A DNA stretch of 64,000 nucleotides from Tubulanus polymorphus (taxonomy: Eukaryota; Animalia; Nemertea), in the NCBI RefSeq assembly GCF_964204645.1, contig NC_134030.1:16306110-16370109 (forward strand). Direction: 5' to 3'. The notes beneath the pieces were generated by a model. The model worked only from the letters and a program-made list of their open reading frames with translations, was not told where the DNA came from and searched no databases. The translations under genes and the position numbers were made by a program. Shown here in pieces: positions 1 through 10,965 of this stretch; position 1 is the stretch's first letter, and each line of letters begins with the position of its first letter.

Positions 1-1022
1 CTCTCTATTATAACTGCCTATTGCAATTATACTAGTAGCATCTGTGCCACATTTTATATTCAGTTGAATGAGGAGTACCTCATTTGAATATTGATCGAAC
101 GTGCTCTTTCAGTTGAAAAGGATTGATCAATTTCATCACAAAAGAACATCTGTTGCAAAAGGTGGAATATAGACCGCATAGGACTTCTCACTAGAAACAC
201 AATTAGGAGTTTATAGTTATAAATGTAAGTACTGTTTTTGTTGTTATTAAGACGCCGGGAAACGTTAAACATGTTTCAGTGTATTAATCTATATTTGAAA
301 ACTACAACTTCAAGTTAGTTTTATTCTACGCTAGATATTTATCTTTTAGATAACAAAATGCTACGCGTAACAAGAAGACCATTGCTACTTGAACCAAGAA
401 AGTGAAGATAGGAGGATGTGGAATCAGAAATTATGGATATTTCAACTCATGAGACTGTAGCAGTTTAGCCATACTGTATAGACTTTCAATGCATTACGTT
501 TGCCGGAATTTCAATTGCGTCATTCAGCTGTTGTTAATGTTGCAGTGACAGATGTTGTATTATACTTTATTGATTTCTGCATTCCGCGCATACCTTACCG
601 CTCGGCTCCCGAGCGGCTTGGAATGTGGAAATCGATACTGACTGTATAAAATATATGTGTTTATATAATAGTAATTCCATCAGTCGTTTGTTTGAATTGA
701 TTTTCAGTATGAGGATTTATTATCGAGGATCCGAAATGACTTATCTGGACAATTAATTGCTCCTATAGATAGACTATAGTAGTGAGATAATCTAAAGCCT
801 AATTTAAATGAAATATATTAGAAATCACATACCTTCAACTAGCCATTATTTCTATTTTAATATTTTTCAAAATCTAATATTTCTTTTCAAAAAGAGAATA
901 CTTTATATTTTGATAAGATTCGAATAGAATTTCTTTAACTTAACTAAGCTAGTATTTAAAATTCATTAACTTAACTAGCTAGTATTAAAATATATTTTTC
1001 TTGCTTTTTCTCTCTATTATAA

Positions 1023-1619
1023 ATGTCAAAGAAATCTAATAAGAATAGTATTGATATTGAAAAAACCTTAGATGATTTTGGCATTAGTGATAATAAAGAT
1101 ACAGTTGTTTCTAATTGTATTCAAAATGATAATATTGATTATGAATACTATTTGATGTGTAAGCATCATCTTGAATTACTAATTGCTGGCGGGAAATCTA
1201 AAGAATTCTTGGGAAAAATTGTAACTTATCAAGAACTAGATGCTATGAAGCCAGATAAAGTAATAAAACATTTCAAAATATATGAAGAAGCTAGATTGGC
1301 CCGAATAAATGATTCTATTTCTGATGGTATTATAAAATGTTATTCTAAATTATGTAACCGGATAATACCAATTGAAGATGAAAATAAATTATATAGTGAT
1401 TTGAAAAATGACTATTTAGTTATGACAGAATTACAGAAATGGGTTGGATACGCTTCATTTCAATTAGGTGGAATAATGACATTAATTTCTGCTGGAGCTA
1501 TAACATTTTCTAACATTAAACCTTTAGTATGTAAAGATAATAAATCAGAAGATGGTGCCGTATGGCACCCACACTGTGATATTGAATCAGAACAAAAATT
1601 AACTAAAATAAATGAGTGA
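1023..1619 (+). CDS. Polinton-like element protein of unknown function with C-terminal hydrophobic segment (198 aa)
   Basis: Intact ORF with TAAATG start; hydrophobic stretch GYASFQLGGIMTLISAGAITF. Confidence 0.7.
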   Translation: MSKKSNKNSIDIEKTLDDFGISDNKDTVVSNCIQNDNIDYEYYLMCKHHLELLIAGGKSKEFLGKIVTYQELDAMKPDKVIKHFKIYEEARLARINDSISDGIIKCYSKLCNRIIPIEDENKLYSDLKNDYLVMTELQKWVGYASFQLGGIMTLISAGAITFSNIKPLVCKDNKSEDGAVWHPHCDIESEQKLTKINE

Positions 1620-1962
1620 TGATATTAAGAAAAAGGCTAGATCTGAGAAACAAATTAAATGGGCTAGGGAATTAGGTAAAAGATCTGCAGAATTAAAAAA
1701 AGCTAAGAAAAAGTAATTAACTGATATAAATGAATCACCTGATATTAATTCAAATAACAATCCATCTGATTCTTCTAATAGTGGAAGAAATAATTACTTA
1801 TATATTACAATTGGGTTAATCGCAGTTATTGTATACTCCGGTGTAATATATAAATCAAAATTTAATAACAATAATGATTCCGATGATAAACCTATTATAC
1901 CAGAAAATAAGTCAAATGATAAAATCATTGAAACTAAATCTGAATTATTATTAATGAATTAA
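1612..1962 (+). pseudogene. Small protein with basic N-terminus and one TM helix, one internal stop
   Basis: Reads MSDDIKKKARSEKQIKWARELGKRSAELKKAKKK*LTD...YLYITIGLIAVIVYSGVIY...LLMN*; TAAATG start overlapping the end of the previous ORF. Confidence 0.6.
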
Positions 1963-1973
1963 AATAAAATTAA

Positions 1974-3050
1974 ATGAAAAAAAGAACAATATTTAAGAGA
2001 TTTATATTATAACCCAGAGAGTGAAGTATCATATTCTAGTGTTACAGAATTATGGGATAAAATTAAATCTGATAAAGAAAATGTAAAATATAGTTAGTTA
2101 AAATTATGGTTACAAAATCAACCAACATATCAAATCCATAAGAAAATGGATAAAAATTATTTAACAAGAAAAGTTATGGTTTCACATATCGATCAACAAT
2201 GGCAAGCTGATTTAATTGACATGAAGAACTTAGAAGAATACAACAAAGGATATTTCTGGATATTAAATGTTATAGACATATTCAGTAGATACGCATGGTC
2301 AATTCCAATCAAAAATACAACTGGAATAGAAGTAACAAATGCTTTTAAGACTATATTTAAAGAAGCTATTCCAGGTAAGATACAATTCGATGAAGGTTAG
2401 GAATTCTATAACAAACATTTAAAAAAACTATTATCTGATAACGATGTAGAACATTTTTCAACACACTCAGATAAAAAAGCATCTATTATAGAAAGATTTA
2501 ATAAAACATTGAAAACTAGAATGTGGAAATATTTTACTGCAAATGAAACATATAAATATATCGATGTGTTAGATGATTTGGTGAAAGGTTATAATAATTC
2601 TAAACATAGTTCTATAAGTATGAAACCTATACAAGCTAGTAAAGAAGATAATTCAGAAATAGTTTGGAATAATTTATATGAAGCATTTGTTACACATGAT
2701 TTTGGAGAACCAAAATTTAAATAGGGCAACAAGTTAGAATATCTAAATATAGAAAAACCTTTTATAAAGGTTATACCCCTAATTTTACTGAAGAAATATT
2801 CAAGATTAAAAAGATAATATTAACTAAACCTTTTGTTTATAAATTAGAAGATTTAAAAGATGAAGAAATATTAGGTTATTTCTATGAACAAGAATTATCA
2901 CTTGTACCAAATCCAGATGAAATAGAATACAAAATAGAAAAAGTATTGAAAACAAAAACTCTTAAAGGAAAAAAGTATTCTTTGCTGAAATATAAAGGGT
3001 ATGATGATAAATTTAATGAATGGATTTTATCTAGTAAAAAGAATAAATGA
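1974..3050 (+). pseudogene. Polinton-type retroviral-like (rve) integrase with C-terminal chromodomain
   Basis: Motifs LYYNP, WQADLIDM, VIDIFSRYAW, IQFDEG*EF, ERFNKTLK, YNNSKHSSI and chromodomain YKIEKVLK...KYKGYDDKFNEW. Two in-frame stops and two frameshifts. Confidence 0.93.
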
Positions 3051-3639
3051 ATAAAGATTTATTTATATTTGAACTGGGGTAACCAACTGTGGTAAAACGC
3101 ATTTCATATTAGACTTGTTAGAAACTATTTATAAGAATCATTTTGATAATATAATATTATTCTGCCCCACTTATGAAATGAATAAAACATATAATAGGGA
3201 TAAAGTTATGATAAAAAAATTTATTATATTAGATCCTAAAACAGTAAAAGAAAATTTAGATAAATGTATTAAAATAGCAATTGATATTTATAAAGGTTCA
3301 AATACATTATTCATTATAGATGATTGTGCAAATTTACATGATTCAAAAGTGAGAGAAAGTGAGTTATGCTATCTAGCTTTCTCTGGGAGACATTTTGGGA
3401 TAACAACATGGGTTTTAAATCAAAAATATAATTCAATTGTTAAAGATTTTAGGGAGAATATAAGATTTTTAGTTTTATTTAATAACAAAGATAGAAAATC
3501 TATGCAACAATTATTGGAAGAAAATCAAATTATACCTACTGAATTACATGATGAATATATGAATAAATTAAAGAATAGTAAAGGTTCAAAATTACTTCTG
3601 AGACTACGATTTCCCTATGAATATAAATTTATAAATTAA
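3047..3639 (+). pseudogene. A32/FtsK-like genome packaging ATPase
   Basis: Walker A GVTNCGKT in frame just upstream of the 3115 ORF; Walker B LFIIDD; GRH and NQ motifs. Frameshift near the TAAATG start. Confidence 0.88.
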
Positions 3640-3661
3640 AATTTGAAATATTATAGAAACT

Positions 3662-3777
3662 ATTTATACATCTATGTACTAGACGTACGAGTAAGAATCC
3701 AAGATTCTTGCCAAGATAGTAAGAAAGTTAGAATTCTTGGATTCTTACTCGTACATCTAGTACATAGATATATAAAT
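3662..3777. repeat. Inverted repeat hairpin A (43-bp arms)
   Basis: 3662-3704 pairs with 3735-3777 at 41/43 positions. Confidence 0.9.
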
Positions 3778-3914
3778 TATTAAATGAAATATATAATAAT
3801 GAATAAATTATATATTAAAACTATGTTTATAATTTATGTTTATAATTTATGTTTACACAGGGGTACAAATATATATATATATATATATAATTTATATGTA
3901 GAATAATTATTCTG

Positions 3915-4006
3915 AAACTGTTTATATATCTATGTACTAGACGTAAGAGTAAGAATTCTTACCAAGATTCTTACGTACGTCTAGTATATAGGTATATAAA
4001 TAGTTT
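3915..4006. repeat. Inverted repeat hairpin B, paralogous to hairpin A
   Basis: Shares TCTATGTACTAGACGTA.GAGTAAGAAT with hairpin A; arms 3915-3956 and 3967-4006. Confidence 0.88.
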
Positions 4007-4014
4007 TATAATAA

Positions 4015-5207
4015 TCATTCTAATTTTGTTTCTAATACATTTATAAAATCATCTTTGTTTATATCTAATTCACCATAACTCTTAAGTAGATTTATTAATT
4101 CTATTCGAGTCATCTTTAAACGAAAATTAGTAGGTATATTAGCTTCTTTTCTTAATTTTTCAAAGTATTCATCAAAATCATCAAAATCAAAATGATATCC
4201 AAAATTTTTTATTAGATAACTTAAATCTATTTTTCTCGAATATAATAATTTACATATTTGTTCAGGATTATCTTCTGCATAAACTAATAATTTATCAAAT
4301 AACAGCTTATAGAATATATAATATTGTTTAGTTTTAGGGTTAAAATATTTGATATATTTCTTTGGGTTATTTAACAATGGTATCGTACTCGCCATTTTAT
4401 AAACATTAATTAGATGTAATTTTGATTTATAATGAGTATTTTCATCAACAGGTTCAATTTTCTTATTACAATATTGACACGTTTTATTTCTTTCTATTTC
4501 TTCTAATTTCTTTTCATGTTCTTCTAACACCCTTTCATTTTCTACTATATGCGCTTTAGATTTTTTATGTTTAGAAAAACTACTTTTAGAAATATCTAAA
4601 TTACAAATGTTACAATGTTTTTAGAATCATCAATTATTTCATTATCTGTTATATCATTATAATTACTTTCAATTGGGTTAACATTATTTATTACATTATC
4701 TGTTATATTATCTATGGTATCATTAGTTTCAATTGTATAAACATTATTTATTAAATTATCTATTATATTATTATCAGATATATAATTATCATTATTATTC
4801 TTTTCTTTTTCTACATGTTTCTTTGATTTCTTATGTGATGCCCAATTTTTATATGATATATATTTCTTACATAAGTCACAATATTTTTCATTCGTCATTT
4901 TGGTTTGATATCAGATTTAACTTTTATATCATTATTAGATGTAGAAGGTATAATATCTATATTTTCATTATTATAAGATGTAGAATCAATATTATCTTCT
5001 ATTTTAGATTCAATATTATCTTCTATTTTAGGTTCAATATTCTCTTCTATTTTTGTTTCAATATTATTATCTATTTTACTTATTCTATATTTGAATTGAT
5101 TAAAGTATTCTCCAAAATACTTCCTGTATTCATCATAAGGTATTATATAATATATATCTGGTATCATTTCAATTGGACTTTGTATTTCATATATTCCTCT
5201 CTTCCAT
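4015..5207 (-). pseudogene. Multi-C2H2 (U1/matrin-like) zinc-finger protein, frameshifted
   Basis: Three CxxC...HxKSKxH fingers (CDLC..HKKSKKH, CNIC..HKKSKAH, CQYC..HYKSKLH). The join at ~4620 needs a 1-nt shift in an A-run. Fusion with the upstream 4895-5207 frame is inferred. Confidence 0.65.
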
Positions 5208-5239
5208 TTATTATAAAAAGTTGTATTAAAATTAAAATT

Positions 5240-6374
5240 CTAATACATAACACTATTTAATTGAGAATTTACAATATTTAATTGCGCGTCAGATATAATA
5301 TAAATGTGTATTTTGAAATTTTTGATTCCTTTCTTCTTTTTCATGAATAATTGTATCCCATCTTTAGTATTCTGTAATTTTTTTCCAGAACCATGTAATG
5401 AATTATCCTCTGTTGTTCTAAAATCTAACCATAATGCATATTTATTACCGGTATAATAATCAATTTGATTAATATTACAATTTTCAGATGATTTTACTTT
5501 TTCATTCCTAAAATGTTTTCTAATTTCTGGCCATTGATCTATCATTGTCATTCCTTGACAAAATATTTTATTTGCTATACCTTCGATAGTTATTTATACT
5601 TTTGTTTTTTCAGGATTATAATAATTATCGACCTGTATTGCGCCATTAGAATATGTTGCAATGGTAAAAAATATCAATATACCTTTAATAGATCTTCTTG
5701 GGAAGTTAATATTCTCATTAATAATTTCATCACTTGCATTAATAGTTACAGTTTTAAATTTATCAATATAATCATATAATAATGAAAATCCTTGAGTTTG
5801 AATTATACTTGAAATATTTTCATCAGTTACTGTATTATATTCTAAACTTATATTCGATAACCCATATCTTTAACAACGCTAGATAATACAATTTCATTAA
5901 CAGGAGCAAATGTTATTTCGAATATAATATCTTCTTGAATTGCGTATTTATATAAAGGTGCATTATTATTTATCAATTCAAAATCTAATGGAATTTTATG
6001 TTTGCTTCCATAAATCTTTTTGATCAAATTATCTGCGGTACGAGTTGCTACTATTGCGTCAATAATATAATCATATCATCATATCATATAACTGTTTCTG
6101 GGCCAATCTTTATAGTTAATTTTTTAATCAAATATCTTCCAACATTATCAACAACATAATTATTATTATTACCAGTTACATTTATACCAGCTGATAAATA
6201 AAAACTATTTGGAACATAAAAAGTATTTTGTGTTAATCGAGGGATTCTAACATATAAAGTTTCATCAGGATTAATATTAGAAGGGTTATGAGTAATTATA
6301 TGATGAGATCTTTCTGCTTTGATAGCAGTAGATATTCTAGGATTCTTAGAAGGATTTATGTAACTCCCACTCAT
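5240..6374 (-). pseudogene. Probable double jelly-roll major capsid protein (disrupted, internally deleted)
   Basis: N-terminal HNPSNINPDETLYVRIP..FYLSAGINV..LIKKLTIKIG and C-terminal YALWLDFRT..LHGSG..HIYIISDAQLNI resemble beta-rich Polinton-like MCPs; context with ATPase and penton genes. Confidence 0.7.
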
Positions 6375-6394
6375 TTATTTAACAAAAAAATTAA

Positions 6395-8121
6395 TTATCT
6401 TTTTTTTATCATATTCACTAACCCAAAAATAATTGCACTTACCACTGTTATTAAAGATAAGATAATATGTTCAGCAGCAAAGTTAAAGATGTTTCCTGCA
6501 GATTTCAATATAAAACCAACAATCGATGCTATAACTCCAGGTAAAGCTGCAGCAGATTTTTTAGTTCCCATAAATATTTTGCTAATTTTTTTAAACCATC
6601 CTTAACTTTATCTTGTATAGAATTATTATCATTTGGGGGTTTATCTGGTTTATTCGGACTTGGTGTAGATTTCAATGAATTTGATATTGCTAAACCTATT
6701 GTTGTGAATACCATAGTTACAGCTGTTAGAATTGAAAGAATTGTTATACCTTCTAACTTAAATAATAATTTTATTCTATCTTTTAATGATATTTCAGAAT
6801 CTGGTTTTATTATTAAATCTTTAAAAATAACTTTTTTAATATGATTAAGATCATATGATTTTAATAATACATCTCTCTCTTTTTCCTGTAATTCTTTGTT
6901 ATATTTTAAATCATCTATTTCTTTTTCTAAAGCTAACTTTCTGCTTTCATAATCAGCTTCCTCGATTACTTGAAGATTTTTATTTAATTCTAATTGTTTT
7001 AATTCTTCATTTGCATTAGTTAATTCTTTTTCTAACATGGTTATTTTAGAAAATCTCATCTTAATATTAGCAATTTCACCAGCTGATTCTTGCATACCTT
7101 TAATTTCTCTACGTGCTTGTTCAGGAAATGTTTCTAATTCTTCATCAGTTAAATCAAGTAATACTTTTTCTAGTAAAGATTGTATTCGATTTATTCCAGT
7201 TTCAGTACCAGATGTATCTAACATACTATTCATCTCTTCGTCCAATGAATGAACTGTATCACTTAATCTATCAATTTGTTTTTCTAATACTTACTGTAAT
7301 TGACTTGAATAATTATCAATTTGTTGAATATCTCTTCTCGATGTTTCTGGTGTTGAAGATCTTAATTTATCTAATCGATCTGCAAAATCTTCATCATTTT
7401 CTGGGTCAACAAAAGTTGGTTTTTGATTTGGATTTTTAAATGGTGAATAATTGTTAATATCAATATTCGGAATTGGTTCTTTTTCATTTATTCTATCGAG
7501 TGCATACCATATAATTCTGAGTAATTCTCTACCGCCTTTTGAACCTTCAATTGTAGATCTTGCTCACATTTCAGGATGGTACACATCTTTTTGCCCCATT
7601 TTAGATAATTGAATTGATACAGTTTTGTTATTTAATTCAACATTATAAAACCATGTATCATTTTTAAATTTTAAATTATTCATGAATTGTGGATCATCTT
7701 TTCTAATTTGTTCTGAAATATCTTCTGGTTCAATGTTATATGTTATATTTTTTGGTAATAATTCTTCAATAACTGTATTTGTTACACTATGTTTTATGTA
7801 TAATAATTCATTTTCCAATTTAGGGTTTTTTGTTTTTTCTAATCTATCAATTAACTCTTTTCTTTCTGGTCTAGTTTTAATTATTATCTTATCGCGGGTT
7901 CTTAAATAATCTATTAATTTTTCACTTGTTTTAGTATCATCTTTAAATTCATCATAATCATATAATATAGGCCCACTAGAATCATCTTCATCATTATTTA
8001 AATTAGAATTAAATGCTGATCCATCATCATTATCAATATTATTTTCATTAAAATCAGGTTGTGGTTCATCACTTATACCAGGGGCGTCACCAAAAGTATC
8101 CATTGGAATATCTTCTTCCAT
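6395..8121 (-). pseudogene. Large acidic/coiled-coil protein with C-terminal hydrophobic and amphipathic helices (~575 aa reconstructed)
   Basis: ORFs 7564-8121 and 6529-7245 are in the same frame, joined across two stops. A frameshift near 6565 gives KSAAALPGVIASIVGFILKSAGNIFNFAAEHIILSLITVVSAIIFGLV. Confidence 0.7.
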
Positions 8122-8136
8122 TTATCTAATAAAAAA

Positions 8137-9490
8137 TTAAAATTTAAAATATAATATTCCTCCTATTACAATTCCTATACAAGTTATAGCTAATTTAGCA
8201 TTTTCATGGGATTTATTATCATTGTCAGTTTTAATTATGTCATGTTGAATATTATCAGTTTTTATATCACTGTGTGGGTGCCGTACGGCACCATTTTCTG
8301 TAGTATTGTAATCTTTTATTTTAGAATCATTATTTATTTTTGATATTCTCAGTTTTAGTATCTGTTGATTGAATATGTTTTTTAATTTTTATACCTTCCA
8401 TTAATTTTGGAGCAGTTATAATCTTTTTATTTATATCATTCAATCCAAATGAATTATTTATTGTTGCAGTCTTGATTAAATTATTATAACCAATTATATT
8501 TCCCATTTTTAATATTAAATCATCAGAAATAATTGATAGATTAGGGCCTATACAATAATTTAATCTAATGTGTGATTTATCTAAATAATTTTGATATCTT
8601 ACAATGATTTCTGGAATCGATCTATTTTTATCATTATGAATGGAATCTTCAAATAAAACTTGAAATTGTTTTTGTGTATCAAATGAAGTATTACCATTTC
8701 CAACTATTGGTGATCTTGTTTCAACTTGGGCACCTAGAATACATATCAAATAAGTTCTAATAGATTGATTTATTCCTTGTATTCCAGCTTTAGTAAAACC
8801 TTGACTATTTTCTAAAATAAAATTAATCCAACCATTATTGTTTTGTTGTTGTATATTATTAAAATATTTTGGTAATTCATTCCAATTAAGTGTTCTTATA
8901 TCTGTATTTGTTATTATTTTACCAAATTCTTTAGTATATAATATTCCTAATCCACCCATTGTACCAATTTTTGCTCTAAAATCATTATTTGAATTAATAT
9001 TAAATTCATTACATATTTTATGAAACTTAGAAAAATTAATATTATCATTTAGTTCATTAAAATATTTTGAACCTGGTAAAGGACATTCTAATTCATTCAA
9101 TATTAATTTTATTTGAAAATAAGTATGAAATCTAAAAAGTGATAAAATCAATGGTAAGCTTGGTTCGTTTAAATGATCATTCCAACTTATACCACAGCCT
9201 GTTGTTGCGCAATAAACAGCAAAATTTAATTGGTTATGCCAATACTTGATATTAGATTTTAATAACCATTGTTTTGCCTCATTTAAATTTTTAAAATTAA
9301 TTACGTAAACATTGAATATATTTTCCATCTTTACATTAAAATTATTACTTTCAGTAACATAGATATCTAAATTAATTAATGAATTTAAAACTTCATTTCT
9401 ATATGAAATATCTTTATTAAAATCAATTGCAGGAATATTATATTTAATTGATTTATTATATTGAAAAGCTTTTGGAAAACTATCTACCAT
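8137..9490 (-). pseudogene. Polinton-like element protein with C-terminal TM anchor (one frameshift near 8335)
   Basis: 386-aa ORF (WHNQLNFAVYCATTGCG) continues in another frame to AKLAITCIGIVIGGILYFKF*. Confidence 0.7.
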
Positions 9491-9506
9491 TTATATAATT
9501 AAAAAA

Positions 9507-9931
9507 TTAATAATTTGTTAATTGTTTTAATAATTTATCTTGTTCTTCAACTGTTATATTACCATTTAAACTTATTATATAATCTAGTGTATTTTTTAAT
9601 TTATTAATTTCTTTTATATTAGTTTTAATTTTTTCTTTATTACTTTTTATATTTAATTTTGAACTTATACCAGTTAAAACACTTGATAACCCTAACACAC
9701 CAATTGATATAGCTAAAGGTATTAATGGACTGAATATTGCTAGAAATGTTATTACAGAACTAATTGTAACTGAACCACTGATAATAAAATAATATAAAAT
9801 TCTACTTTTTAAATATTTTTTATCTTTAAGTCACTTTCAAATTCTAATATTTGTTTTACTAAATATGTTTTTAATTTAGTTTTATTTATATCATGAGGAA
9901 TAATATCAATATTATCAACTTTATCATCCAT
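9507..9931 (-). pseudogene. Two-TM-helix protein with coiled-coil tail, frameshifted
   Basis: MDDKVDNID start at TAAATG; ILYYFIISGSVTISSVITFLAIFSPLIPLAISIGVLGLSSVLTGI hydrophobic hairpin. Confidence 0.6.
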
Positions 9932-10345
9932 TTATTTAGCAAAAAAAATTATAACAATAACTGTTCCACCTAAAATCCAAATTATTTCATATTTCTGTTG
10001 TTCTTTACTTGGGGTATAATAATCTGATGATTTAGGTTTGTATAGACGTAATTTTTCTTTATTTGTTACTGCGTTATACAAACTCATTGCATCATCGACT
10101 GATTGAAAATCTCTATGTGAAATCTTCTGATCATATAATTCTTTATTGATGTAATCCATATAGTTTTGTCTTTTTTCTCTATATTCTTCTGCAGCTTTGT
10201 TATATTTTTCTAATGCTAAGCTATGTCTTTTTTGTTCTGATAATGAACCATTTTTATCAATATGCTTAAATAAATAACCACCACCTGTAAATGCTAAAGC
10301 GTTAACAATTGCCGATCCTATAATAGTTATAATTGCAGAAGCCAT
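9932..10345 (-). CDS. Membrane protein with N- and C-terminal hydrophobic segments (137 aa)
   Basis: Intact ORF: MASAIITIIGSAIVNALAFTGGGYLF ... IIWILGGTVIVIIFFAK. Confidence 0.75.
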   Translation of the reverse strand: MASAIITIIGSAIVNALAFTGGGYLFKHIDKNGSLSEQKRHSLALEKYNKAAEEYREKRQNYMDYINKELYDQKISHRDFQSVDDAMSLYNAVTNKEKLRLYKPKSSDYYTPSKEQQKYEIIWILGGTVIVIIFFAK

Positions 10346-10361
10346 TTATTTAGTAAAATAA

Positions 10362-10592
10362 TTATACATTTATATAGGAGGAATATATTTTTGTTTTTTC
10401 CAAATAATCAATAGTTAAATTAGATAAAGTAACTGCTAATGTTAATTTTAAAATATCATTTATATCAAATCTATCAACATTAACACTTCCCATTTTAAAT
10501 ACTTTTTTTAATACAATTGAATAACCAACAGTTCCAACTGATAATAATGCTCCATTATATAATCCAGTTATTATCCACTTATTACCACTCAT
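10362..10592 (-). CDS. Small hydrophobic protein (76 aa)
   Basis: Intact ORF with TAAATG start and two hydrophobic segments. Confidence 0.65.
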   Translation of the reverse strand: MSGNKWIITGLYNGALLSVGTVGYSIVLKKVFKMGSVNVDRFDINDILKLTLAVTLSNLTIDYLEKTKIYSSYINV

Positions 10593-10949
10593 TTATTTAT
10601 CAAAAAAATTACTATCTTCAAAATATTTATTTATCTTAGTTATGATTATTTCAACATTTATAGTATTATTAGTTTCATTTTCATATATTTCAGTTATTAT
10701 TCTTTTAATATCATCAATGATAAAATCTTCATCTAATTCATAAAATCTTAAAGATTCTCTGATTAAATTAGTAATCTTTTTTACATTTAAAGTTTCTTTA
10801 TCTATTGTTTTTTCATACTCAAATGTTGTTTCATTAGAAAATGCAATATTTTTAATATGTGTAATTACATCAGTAATGTTAAATTTCATTTCTTTCTCAT
10901 GTTTAAAATCGAATCCAAAACATATACTCGGCCCAACAGTTATATTCAT
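10593..10949 (-). CDS. Hypothetical protein (118 aa)
   Basis: Intact ORF with T-run + TAAATG start; its stop abuts the next ATG. Confidence 0.6.
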   Translation of the reverse strand: MNITVGPSICFGFDFKHEKEMKFNITDVITHIKNIAFSNETTFEYEKTIDKETLNVKKITNLIRESLRFYELDEDFIIDDIKRIITEIYENETNNTINVEIIITKINKYFEDSNFFDK

Positions 10950-10965
10950 TTATATAGTGAAAAAA

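Noticed and set aside
20-200. LINE endonuclease fragment (AVYIPP on the minus strand)
   Set aside because: A single short motif with no other recognisable APE motifs.
598-616. Helitron 3' hairpin (CCGCTCGG-CTC-CCGAGCGG)
   Set aside because: No CTRR terminus at the expected distance and no other Helitron evidence.
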